Below, piece by piece: positions 19,439 to 27,708 of a stretch of DNA of 64,000 bases; positions within the stretch are counted from its first letter, which is position 1; the number at the start of each line of letters is the position of its first letter. Both the position numbers and the translations under genes were made by a program. Under the pieces are notes generated by a model. It was not told the DNA's origin and ran no database searches. It worked only from the letters and a program-made list of their open reading frames with translations. Source of the DNA: Thermoplasmatota archaeon (GTDB lineage: Archaea; Thermoplasmatota; Penumbrarchaeia; Penumbrarchaeales; Penumbrarchaeaceae); contig JARVGK010000007.1 of the NCBI GenBank assembly GCA_029762535.1, forward strand, positions 39,420 to 103,419, written 5' to 3'.

Positions 19439-19614
19439 CCTCGATGCTATGAGGGACTATCTAGATAAAATGCATCAATGTATAGCCGATATTATATGGA
19501 GTGGAATATAGGACTATGAAGATACATTACTTCTATATGGGTCAGGTTTAAACGAGACGGGGTTCTACAGCGTTACCCGGGTAAAAGAGAACCTGGCAGT
19601 ATGGATGTTTCGAG

Positions 19615-20229
19615 ATGGCATTGAAGATACCCGTTCCCGGAATGGACCAGTTCCTATGCGACATACCGGACGGTTCGATGCTCGTGATGTCCGGGGGCTT
19701 CGAGGGCACACAGTCATTCCTCGCACAGTCCATCGGGTACGGGGCCTACAAATCCGGAAGGGAGGTGACCTACGTCACCTCGAGGGCGATCCCGGACATC
19801 ATGGGCGAGGTAATGAGATTCGAACCGGGAGTGGTCCCTTTCTACCTTATAGAGAACGTGCCTCTAAATGATTGGAGAACGTTCATATCCTCAAAATGCG
19901 TCCTGATAGTGGACTCATACTCCCTGCTCGTTATGAACGTGGAACTCCCTCAACTGAGGGACGGGCTGATGGAGATCAAGACGATTGCGAAGGAGCGCGG
20001 GGCCACGTTGGTCCTTGTGGCCCACCCTCCTCTCATCGATGAAAGGAGAACGTCCGTCACGGAATACTTCGCCGACTCTCTTGTCGAGTTCAGGTCCCAG
20101 GAGGAGGACGAGTTCGTACGAAGATACCTGAGGGTCCACAAATGGTACGGTACGATACTGGAGCAGCTTATCTACTACAGGATCGATGAAGGGCGAATGG
20201 AGATAGACCTCAGGGCCAGGATAGTGTGA
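19615..20229 (+). CDS. KaiC/FlaH(ArlH)-like RecA-superfamily protein with degenerate Walker A
   Basis: GMDQFL..IPDGSMLVMSGGFEGTQSF aligns to the FlaH/KaiC P-loop region but lacks GK(S/T), with Q in place of K. A Walker B-like LIVDSYS is present. Confidence 0.6.
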   Translation: MALKIPVPGMDQFLCDIPDGSMLVMSGGFEGTQSFLAQSIGYGAYKSGREVTYVTSRAIPDIMGEVMRFEPGVVPFYLIENVPLNDWRTFISSKCVLIVDSYSLLVMNVELPQLRDGLMEIKTIAKERGATLVLVAHPPLIDERRTSVTEYFADSLVEFRSQEEDEFVRRYLRVHKWYGTILEQLIYYRIDEGRMEIDLRARIV

Positions 20230-20239
20230 GGACGTTCTT

Positions 20240-21754
20240 ATGATACAATCCAAGGGATACGAGAGATTCGGCCTAACGGGCAACCCTTTCCGGGACCTTG
20301 CCTCCGAGACGCTCGAGACCATCGACATCTTCCACGTCAGACAGGAGATGGACGATCATCTGCGAATGATAATCGACGAGATCTTCGAGAAGCAGTCCAA
20401 GGCGGTCGTGGCCATACTCGGAGCCCTGGGCATGGGCAAGACCCAGAGGCTTCTCCTGATCCAGAGCTGGGCCAGGGATAAGAAGGCCTACTGCGTGTTC
20501 AGGTCCATCAATCCCCAGGCAAAGCTCGTCATAAGCGATGTCATAAAGACCTTGATCGATACGGTCCCCCTGACATTCTTCGAGAGGAACATCTCCGCGC
20601 CCAGATTCTATTCGGACCTGAAGAAGGCATACAGGTCCTCCCGGAAGAAGTTCGACCCGGAACTGATCGGCAGGGCCATCGCCGGAGCCCTCAACGCCCG
20701 TTCCCCTTCGATACTTATACTTAACGACCTTCACAACGTCGATCCAACGGCCGAGCTGCCGGATTTCCTTCAGGTGCTGTATTCCATAGTCAACAACCTG
20801 GACGAGGGCGTCATGATAGCGATAGGGTCCAACTCCGCATATTTCGACGGGATAATGAAGAGGCATCAGTCCCTCGAGGAGAGGATAAACTACAAGCTGG
20901 AGGTGCAGCCCCTCATAGACACGGAGGCCCAGGAGATGGTGGCGAAGAGGCTGACGGCGAAGAGGCTCGTCGAGGACCTAAACCCCATATACCCCTTCAA
21001 CAACGATTCCATATCGATATTGAACTCGGAATCACATGGAAATCCCCGGCAGGTCCTCAAGCTCTCGGACAGGATCATCGACCAGGCCGCGACCGAGAGG
21101 GTCATACAGATAGACGCCCAGTATGCGATGGATATACTCGAGGGATCGAGACAGAAGAGGTCCCTTCCTCCGGCCCCCCATGAGATCCTCAAGAAGCTGA
21201 GGGAGGAGGCCAGGGTCAAGAGGCCGGCCATCCCGTCTCGGACCCCCCCGGGCATCTCAACAGAGTTCGAGAAGAAGGTCAAGGAATACGAGCATGCCCT
21301 GGAGAAGATGGAGAAGGCCCTGGAGAGGAAAGAACCCCTGCCTGAAAAAGAGAAGAGGATGCCCGGGGCAGCGGTCAAGGTCGATCTCCCGGTCGATGCT
21401 CCTCTGGAGGTCGCTCCATCGATGCCCGATCCGATCGGGACGGTGCCCCCGGTCAAGGTCGATCTCCCCGTCGATACTCCTCTGGAGGTCGCTCCCCCGA
21501 TGACCGGTCCTACCACGATCGTGCCCAAGCCCTCCCTGGACGAGGAGCTGCCGCTCATCATCAAGAAGAAGGTGACGATGAGAAAATTGGAGACCGTCAC
21601 CGAGGACGGCATTCCGGCGCCTCCGAAGAGCATCTTCATAATTGAGGAGAGGGAAATGCCCGGTCCTCCCAGGAAAGAGAAGGGTTCCAAGGGCGAACCG
21701 TCCGAGGATGCCGTTCTCTCCAGGTACAGGTCGGTTCCTCCGACGCGGAGTTAA
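20240..21754 (+). CDS. ExeA/GspA-like AAA ATPase with Pro-rich repeat-containing C-terminus
   Basis: The N-terminus Y..FGL..NPF followed by Walker A GALGMGKTQ and Walker B ILILNDLH resembles the ExeA (COG3267) layout. The C-terminus is Lys/Glu/Pro-rich. Confidence 0.65.
   Translation: MIQSKGYERFGLTGNPFRDLASETLETIDIFHVRQEMDDHLRMIIDEIFEKQSKAVVAILGALGMGKTQRLLLIQSWARDKKAYCVFRSINPQAKLVISDVIKTLIDTVPLTFFERNISAPRFYSDLKKAYRSSRKKFDPELIGRAIAGALNARSPSILILNDLHNVDPTAELPDFLQVLYSIVNNLDEGVMIAIGSNSAYFDGIMKRHQSLEERINYKLEVQPLIDTEAQEMVAKRLTAKRLVEDLNPIYPFNNDSISILNSESHGNPRQVLKLSDRIIDQAATERVIQIDAQYAMDILEGSRQKRSLPPAPHEILKKLREEARVKRPAIPSRTPPGISTEFEKKVKEYEHALEKMEKALERKEPLPEKEKRMPGAAVKVDLPVDAPLEVAPSMPDPIGTVPPVKVDLPVDTPLEVAPPMTGPTTIVPKPSLDEELPLIIKKKVTMRKLETVTEDGIPAPPKSIFIIEEREMPGPPRKEKGSKGEPSEDAVLSRYRSVPPTRS
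21374..21495 (+). repeat. in-frame tandem duplication, two copies with a 78-nt period
   Basis: The 44-nt cores at 21374..21417 and 21452..21495 are near-identical. They encode VKVDLPVD(A/T)PLEVAP(S/P)M twice inside the ExeA-like gene. Confidence 0.85.
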
Positions 21755-21888
21755 TGCAGTAAGTATCCTACTTTTATCTATGTAAACCACTGTCCCTAAC
21801 GCCTGGTATATCATATTATTTAGAGTAAATTATTGCCGTAGGCAGGGCTTAAGGCATGTATCGGTCCTCGGTGTCCTCGGTGTAGGAC

Positions 21889-22146
21889 ATGATACGGGAA
21901 CTAAGGCATCAAACGGTGGTCGAGGCCATCTGGAACAGAGGGGGCTGCGCCTCCATGAAGGACATCGAGAACTTGATGTACCAGCATCTCAAGGGGCCTT
22001 ACCACTCCGATCTGGGCTTCATGTATCTGGAGGACCGAACGGCGATCATGAGGCTCAAGATCGACGAGATCCTCGACGACCTGCGCAGGAACGGGCTCGT
22101 TGAGATGATCGATGAGGACCTGTTCGCACTCACCGACGCCTCGTAG
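21889..22146 (+). CDS. small hypothetical protein
   Basis: 85-aa ORF in an otherwise empty intergenic gap. No motif recognised. Confidence 0.35.
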   Translation: MIRELRHQTVVEAIWNRGGCASMKDIENLMYQHLKGPYHSDLGFMYLEDRTAIMRLKIDEILDDLRRNGLVEMIDEDLFALTDAS

Positions 22147-22206
22147 ATGTAGATGCATCTTCCATGGTCCGAACGAAGCGTGGGCGCAAGACCCGATCCG
22201 CTCAGG

Positions 22207-23610
22207 CTAGAACACGGCTATGGAGAATAGAAGGACCACGACCAGGGCGAGAACGAGCGAGTGTACCAGTCCGTAGCGGATCTTGCCCTCGGTTATCTTC
22301 CCTATTATCGTTCCAGATCCGATCCCCATTATGATCGCCAGATGGAAGAAGCGCCTCTTCAGCGTCAGAAGCCCCATCTTGACGACAGATGCGCCCCCTT
22401 CCGACCCTTCGAGTCCCTGGAAGCCGAAGACCATGGACATGTCCAGATTCTCGAACTTGGGATAGACGTCCATAAGCATGTATATGACCGTGAGGAGAAC
22501 GCCCAAGGCCATGTATATTATAGTTATCTGAATGGTCATCTGCCTCCTTCTCTCGGCCTTGACCTTCACGAAATCGTCCAGATCCCTCGCAGCCCTGTGC
22601 ACGACGACGGCTATGTTGCCCCCTATCTTCGTTGATTCGGCGATGAGCGTCGTGTACCTCTTCACCACCCTGCTGTTCGAGGGAGCGGCCACGATGTCCA
22701 GGGCCTCTTCGAACGCCCGCCCCGCCATGATGTTCTTCGAGGCGATCCTGAGGTATTTTGACATGACGCTCGAGTCGGTCTTCGCTATCTCGACTATCGC
22801 CCTGGCCGGGTCTATGCCGCCTCTCATTCCGTCCGCGATCCCGAACAGGAGCTGGGCGAACGCCGCCTCGTACCTGTTTATCCTCTTGAGCTCCCTCTGC
22901 GAGTCGATCGCGTACGGGGTCGTTCCGATGAAGAAACCGATTATCAGAACGATCTCGATCCCGAACCTTCCCAGGTCCGGATGGTCGTGGACGTAGAATA
23001 GTCCCAGTATGGTGAAGGTGATGGCGGTGAGGATCGGTACGTAGAGTATTAGATACTTCTGCTGCACCGGATGCGTTATGAGGAACTTCTTGAGCCTGAA
23101 TCTCCTCTTGGCCCTCAGATAGATATAACCGGATATGGCCAGTACCGCGAGGATGGCGAATATCACGCTGATGAAAACGAGGACCTGCATCGAGGAGGGG
23201 AGGGTGAGTTCGAACCCGGGCTCCGGTTCGTCGCTGACGATGAAGACCGAATCGACCATCGCCTCGTTCCCCGCGTTGTCCCTGATGATGAAGGTGAGAT
23301 TGTGCGGGCCGCTCGATAGGGTGTATATAGTGTCTATCTTGACCGTCATGTCGGTCTCGTTCACTATGAGGTCGAAGTAGGCGGAGACGTCGAAATCGTC
23401 GATGTAAAGAACCGCGCTTCCCGTGTCAATGCCCGAATAATCGGTGTACTTTATCTGTATCACCGGGTTGGGATCGTATATGGTCTGGTTCGCCGCGGGA
23501 TAGACCAGGGTGACGATCGGCGGATCCGTGTCCTCTGCTGATGCATAGGACATGATGAGGACCAGGGGCAACAGGAGAAGGACCGCTGCGGGGAACGTGA
23601 ACGATCTCAT
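22207..23610 (-). CDS. T2SS-F/TadC-like pilus platform protein with N-terminal signal peptide and Ig-like ectodomain
   Basis: Signal-like N-terminus. A roughly 110-aa beta module ends in IIRDNAGNEA. It is followed by TM segments and a T2SF-type cytoplasmic helical domain (INRYEAAFAQLL..ADGMRGG). Last gene of the ATPase operon. Confidence 0.75.
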   Translation of the reverse strand: MRSFTFPAAVLLLLPLVLIMSYASAEDTDPPIVTLVYPAANQTIYDPNPVIQIKYTDYSGIDTGSAVLYIDDFDVSAYFDLIVNETDMTVKIDTIYTLSSGPHNLTFIIRDNAGNEAMVDSVFIVSDEPEPGFELTLPSSMQVLVFISVIFAILAVLAISGYIYLRAKRRFRLKKFLITHPVQQKYLILYVPILTAITFTILGLFYVHDHPDLGRFGIEIVLIIGFFIGTTPYAIDSQRELKRINRYEAAFAQLLFGIADGMRGGIDPARAIVEIAKTDSSVMSKYLRIASKNIMAGRAFEEALDIVAAPSNSRVVKRYTTLIAESTKIGGNIAVVVHRAARDLDDFVKVKAERRRQMTIQITIIYMALGVLLTVIYMLMDVYPKFENLDMSMVFGFQGLEGSEGGASVVKMGLLTLKRRFFHLAIIMGIGSGTIIGKITEGKIRYGLVHSLVLALVVVLLFSIAVF

Positions 23611-24519
23611 TCAATCCACCTTTGCATAGGATGCCGATATGAACAGGTTCATGGCGATCACGGAGAAGGGGATCAGGAAATATGTCATGATTATGAGAAG
23701 GGTGCTCGCGTCTATCCCGTTGAACGTCGATGCCAGCGTCTCCATGAGGAACGCCGCCACCCCGGCGAACAATATTCCCATCAGCACCAGGCTGGTATAG
23801 ATCTCCATCAGGGTGCCGAGGCCCTCTATGAACTCCTTCTGTATGTCCCTCTTGAGTTTGAGGCTCGCATCGGCCTTGTTCCTGAGATACGTGTCCATGT
23901 CGCCGCCCTCGTGTATCATGTTCGAGAAGTCCCAGAGCATCTCCCTGAGATGCTGGGAGGGAGTCTCCTTGGCCGTCTCGCTTATGGCGGTGATTATGTC
24001 CTTCCCCTCCACGTCCAGGTGGTATATTATCTTCCTGAACTCCCTGGACATGTACTTCGAGTCCTTTCTCTGGGAGATCTTCCTCATTATCTGAACCGGG
24101 GAGAGGCCGGTGGATGCCAGGATGGAGAGCTCGCTCATGGTGAAGGGCAGCTCCTTGTCTATCTCCGACTTCTTCTTGGATATCCTCGAGGAGATGATAA
24201 GGGGATAGGAGAATATCGTGACGAGAAGGGAGACGGCAAAGAGCGAGGCCGTGAACAAGGGCCAGCCTTCCACGTTGAACATCACCCTGAAGACGAGTAT
24301 GGATATGATAAGGACCGCCGCGGCCGAGAACAGCGTGGCGTATAACATCATGGAGAGGTACATCCCCGGGGACATGTTCACGTCCCCCTTGGACAGCCTG
24401 AGCTTGAGCCGGTTCATGTCGTATTTTAGATCCAATGTGCGACCAAGGGACTGATAGGAGAAACGCTTGTACCTCTCCAGGAACCCCTCCCAGGCGGAGG
24501 GGTCATCCTTTCTTGACAT
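23611..24519 (-). CDS. T2SS-F/TadB-like pilus platform protein
   Basis: TM segments flank a T2SF domain (ELPFTMSELSILASTGLSP). Overlaps the ATPase gene by 17 nt and abuts the TadC-like gene. Confidence 0.75.
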   Translation of the reverse strand: MSRKDDPSAWEGFLERYKRFSYQSLGRTLDLKYDMNRLKLRLSKGDVNMSPGMYLSMMLYATLFSAAAVLIISILVFRVMFNVEGWPLFTASLFAVSLLVTIFSYPLIISSRISKKKSEIDKELPFTMSELSILASTGLSPVQIMRKISQRKDSKYMSREFRKIIYHLDVEGKDIITAISETAKETPSQHLREMLWDFSNMIHEGGDMDTYLRNKADASLKLKRDIQKEFIEGLGTLMEIYTSLVLMGILFAGVAAFLMETLASTFNGIDASTLLIIMTYFLIPFSVIAMNLFISASYAKVD

Positions 24520-26254
24520 CGATGGCCCCCATCGATTCGAGGTTGACCATGGCCTTCGTGGGGTCCATGTAGAATTCGTTTATCGCCCTGCTCACGTCCT
24601 TGTAATACGTCAGGTTCTTCTGGTCCATCAGCTTGAGGTATTTCTCCTTGCGGTATATCTCGTCCATTATGGACTGGAGCGTCTTTCCGGTCGATCTCGC
24701 TATGTCCTCTATCAGGAAGCTCCTCCCCGTGAACTTGAACGCATCGTTCGTGGGATCCCACGTGAAGGGGGCGTTCGTCAGAAGGTTCTTTGAGGATGGC
24801 TCGATGTCCAGGACCTCCGTCACGCCCTTGACGCGCCTGACCCTCCTGCCCCTGTACACGACCTGCCCCTGGAAAACGACGGCGTCGAGCGACATGAACA
24901 GGGACCTGGGTATGTCCATCGGGGGGTTCTCCACCCTGTGTATCAGCTCGTCGATGGAGCCGGCGTGTATCGTCGCCATCGCGGCGTGCCCGACGGCTAT
25001 GGCCTGGAACAGGGTGAACGCCTCCTTGCCCCTGACCTCCCCCACTATCACGTATTCCGGTCTCTGTCTCAGGGCCGCTACCAGCAGGTCGAACATCGAT
25101 ATGCTCCCCGAGGACCCTCCCGAGGCGCTGACCCCGAACCCCCCCCTTGATACGGACTGTATCCAGTTGGTGTGGTCGATGTGGATCTCGGGGGTGTCCT
25201 CTATGGAGACCACCTTGTCCTCCGGCTTCACGAACATGCACAGCGCGTTCATGAGCGTGGTCTTGCCCGAGGCCGTGCCTCCGGAGATGAGAAGCGACCT
25301 CTTATACTCGATTATCGTCCAGAAGTAGGCGAGCTGGAAGGCGGAGATCGATCCGAACCTCATGAGGTCCACAGGTGAGATGGGATCGTGGGAGAACTTC
25401 CTTATCGTGAAGGTGGAACCTTTTCTCGTGACCTCGGAGCCCAGCGTCAGGTTGATCCTCGAGCCGTCGGTGAGGGTGGCGTCGAGTATGGGCTGATAGA
25501 CGGAGACGTGCTTTCCGGCGACCTGGGCGAGTTTTACGACATAGCGGTTCAGCTCCACATCGGAGGGGAATTGTATGTTGGTCTTCATTGACCCCATCCC
25601 CCTGTGGAATATGTAGATGGGGATGTTGGGTCCGTTGCAGGATATGTCCTCTATGAACGGGTCCTTGATGAGGGCGTCCGCCCTCCCCCAGCCGATGAGG
25701 TCCCTCTGGAGGTAGTAGAAGAGGACGCGCCTCCTCTTCTCGTCAAGGTCTATGTTGTAGAGGTCCAGAACTGACTGGTAGAGGCCGAGTATGTAGTTCC
25801 TGAGCTGGTCGGAGCGTCCGTACTCGGAACCCTCGGAGATCGGGAGCTCGTCCTGGTCCATTGCGACCTCCATCTTCGACTTTATGCTCTGGATGAGGTC
25901 CTCCTCGCCCTCTTTGAGCCTGGGCTCCTTTATGAGGTACTTCATCTCGCCCTCTTTTCTGTCATATGTGATGTTGACGAAGGAATAAGGAGGGTTCACC
26001 GGATAGGTCAGGTTGACCCCGAGCTTCTCCTTGTCCAGTTCCCGCCTCATGAAGTTGAGCTCGCGCTGGATGATTATCTTCTCGGAGATCTCGCCTTTCT
26101 TCCTCAGCTGGGATTCGATCTCGCGGGCGCGCTTTCGAAGCTTTTCCCGGAACTCGGGATCCTCCATCCTGTCGTCCGTGAGCTTCTCCTTCTTCATGAA
26201 GGGCAGGTCCGCCGATGCGGTCCATTTTACAATTCTATCCATTAATCCTGTCAA
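24503..26254 (-). CDS. type II/IV secretion ATPase of the FlaI(ArlI)/PilB/VirB11 family
   Basis: Walker A SGGTASGKTTLMNAL, Asp/His-box region SIEDTPEI and VGEVRGKEAFTLFQAIAVGH. Confidence 0.9.
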   Translation of the reverse strand: MTGLMDRIVKWTASADLPFMKKEKLTDDRMEDPEFREKLRKRAREIESQLRKKGEISEKIIIQRELNFMRRELDKEKLGVNLTYPVNPPYSFVNITYDRKEGEMKYLIKEPRLKEGEEDLIQSIKSKMEVAMDQDELPISEGSEYGRSDQLRNYILGLYQSVLDLYNIDLDEKRRRVLFYYLQRDLIGWGRADALIKDPFIEDISCNGPNIPIYIFHRGMGSMKTNIQFPSDVELNRYVVKLAQVAGKHVSVYQPILDATLTDGSRINLTLGSEVTRKGSTFTIRKFSHDPISPVDLMRFGSISAFQLAYFWTIIEYKRSLLISGGTASGKTTLMNALCMFVKPEDKVVSIEDTPEIHIDHTNWIQSVSRGGFGVSASGGSSGSISMFDLLVAALRQRPEYVIVGEVRGKEAFTLFQAIAVGHAAMATIHAGSIDELIHRVENPPMDIPRSLFMSLDAVVFQGQVVYRGRRVRRVKGVTEVLDIEPSSKNLLTNAPFTWDPTNDAFKFTGRSFLIEDIARSTGKTLQSIMDEIYRKEKYLKLMDQKNLTYYKDVSRAINEFYMDPTKAMVNLESMGAIDVKKG

Positions 26255-26308
26255 GGCGCCTTGGCTACTCTTATTACGATATTAATTACTGTTTCACGTA
26301 AAGGACAT

Positions 26309-26322
26309 ACAATATATAGGGA
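26309..26322 (+). promoter_or_regulatory. ACAATATATAGGGA element in the divergent ATPase/pstS2 intergenic region
   Basis: Lies in the 192-bp divergent intergenic region. Shares the core AATATATAG with 11959..11968 and 38551..38560 (minus strand). Confidence 0.3.
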
Positions 26323-26446
26323 TACGGAGGGGATCTTTCCCCAATGGAGAGGAAGTTGGGATCGGTAAGACAAGACAACTATTTGGAGAACGCCTATATG
26401 CCCTTCTTTGGGTCAGGGAAATGGGTCCCGAAGGGGATCCAAGTAG

Positions 26447-27595
26447 GTGAAAGAAATGAAGCACATGAAAAACGACAAGGCAGGGGTCTCCCCGGTCATT
26501 GCCACGTTGATATTGGTGCTCATCGCCGTAGCGGCGGGAGTTGCCTTTTTCGCATGGCAGTCTGGCTGGCAGGAAGACGCCACAGGTAACATAAGCAATG
26601 CGAACGCACAGACGGAGATAACCATCGGTGGATCCTCCACCGTCTATCCTTTCACGGCAGTTGCGGCTGAGGCTTTCATGGAAGCCAACCCCACCGTGAA
26701 GATCTCCTACCAGTCCGGTGGATCCGGTGCAGGAACCGCTGGCGTCAGGGAGGGTGTCATCGATATCGGTGCCGCCTCCTCCGACAGGACCCAGGCCAAG
26801 CACTTCCCCGACCACCCCGACGTGGTCATCACCGCCGTCGGCTATGACGCCGTCGGTGTCGTCGTCGATGATGGCAACACCAGGATAAACGATATCAACG
26901 CAACCGTCGCAATCGAGATCTTCACAATGGTCATCACCGACTGGAACCAGGTCCCTGTTGCATCTGGCGCGTCCGGAACTGGCACAACTGGTGCAGCTGG
27001 TTCTGAGACCACTGTAACAGTCTCCACCGGAACCCTTGCAATTGGCAGGTACAGGATGTGGTCTGCAACAACTCTCGTGAGGACTGTCGATGTTATAGCT
27101 GCAAATACGCTCCCCTCAGATCTCTTCGGAGCATCCGCATCCATCTCCTGGCAGGTTATCACCTCCGCTACCTCCGCTCCTATCGAAGTCTACGACAGGG
27201 CTGACAAGTCCGGAACCGAGGAGTGCTTCAACGAGAAGCTCCTCGGCCTCGATGGATCCTCCATCCCCGAAGGTGATCAGACCGGTGTCGCAGGCAATCA
27301 GGAAATGCTCGACCTCTTCGAGGCTGGCGCACCCAACGCTATCGGATTCATCTCCACCGGTGTCGCCACCTCCGATGTGAAGCTCGTCACCCTCGACGGC
27401 GTCGCCGCCACCGAGGAGAACATCGCTGACGGGTCCTACACCGCCCAGAGGCCCCTGAACTATATGTACATCCCCTCCCAGCTCGGCGGAAAGCTCGCCA
27501 TCGTTGAGGCGTACATAGACTTCTGCATGTCCCCCAAGAACAATATTGACTTCGCCCACTCCGTGGACTACCTCTCCTGGTATGACCTCGAGTAA
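26447..27595 (+). CDS. pstS2: PstS-family phosphate-binding protein with archaeal class III (prepilin-type) signal peptide
   Basis: N-terminus MKEMKHMKNDKAG/VSPVIATLILVLIAVAAGVAFF. PstS motifs GGSSTVYPF, SGGSGAG and DRADKSGT. A Gly/Thr/Ser/Ala-rich insertion lies between the lobes. Confidence 0.8.
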   Translation: MKEMKHMKNDKAGVSPVIATLILVLIAVAAGVAFFAWQSGWQEDATGNISNANAQTEITIGGSSTVYPFTAVAAEAFMEANPTVKISYQSGGSGAGTAGVREGVIDIGAASSDRTQAKHFPDHPDVVITAVGYDAVGVVVDDGNTRINDINATVAIEIFTMVITDWNQVPVASGASGTGTTGAAGSETTVTVSTGTLAIGRYRMWSATTLVRTVDVIAANTLPSDLFGASASISWQVITSATSAPIEVYDRADKSGTEECFNEKLLGLDGSSIPEGDQTGVAGNQEMLDLFEAGAPNAIGFISTGVATSDVKLVTLDGVAATEENIADGSYTAQRPLNYMYIPSQLGGKLAIVEAYIDFCMSPKNNIDFAHSVDYLSWYDLE

Positions 27596-27628
27596 TCGGG
27601 TTGATGGCAAAATATCAAATAACATCTC

Positions 27629-27661
27629 GGAGGGTTTTTTATTAAACCCTCCTTTTTTTTT
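27629..27661 (+). terminator. hairpin plus T-run between pstS2 and pstCA2
   Basis: GGAGGGTTT-TTTATT-AAACCCTCC forms a 9-bp perfect stem, followed directly by 9 T. Archaeal terminators are typically oligo-T. Confidence 0.6.
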
Positions 27662-27708
27662 ATTTTCTTTCTTTTTGAAATGTTTCGTCTCTAGGATAGG
27701 GTAGTAAA

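Noticed and set aside
21374-21495. Near-identical 44-nt repeats with a regular 78-nt period, which could be a mini CRISPR-like array.
   Set aside because: There are only two copies. They are in frame inside a long ORF and encode a duplicated Pro-rich peptide. No cas genes or leader are present.
24426-25241. 271-aa minus-strand ORF rich in Arg/Gly/Pro overlapping the FlaI-like ATPase gene. Similar long overlapping ORFs occur at 2055..2894, 20273..20866, 43618..44517, 51116..51859 and 62805..63893.
   Set aside because: These are alternate-frame or antisense shadows of well-supported genes in GC-rich DNA. Their Arg/Gly/Pro/His-rich, low-complexity translations carry no motifs, while the overlapping frames carry clear family signatures.
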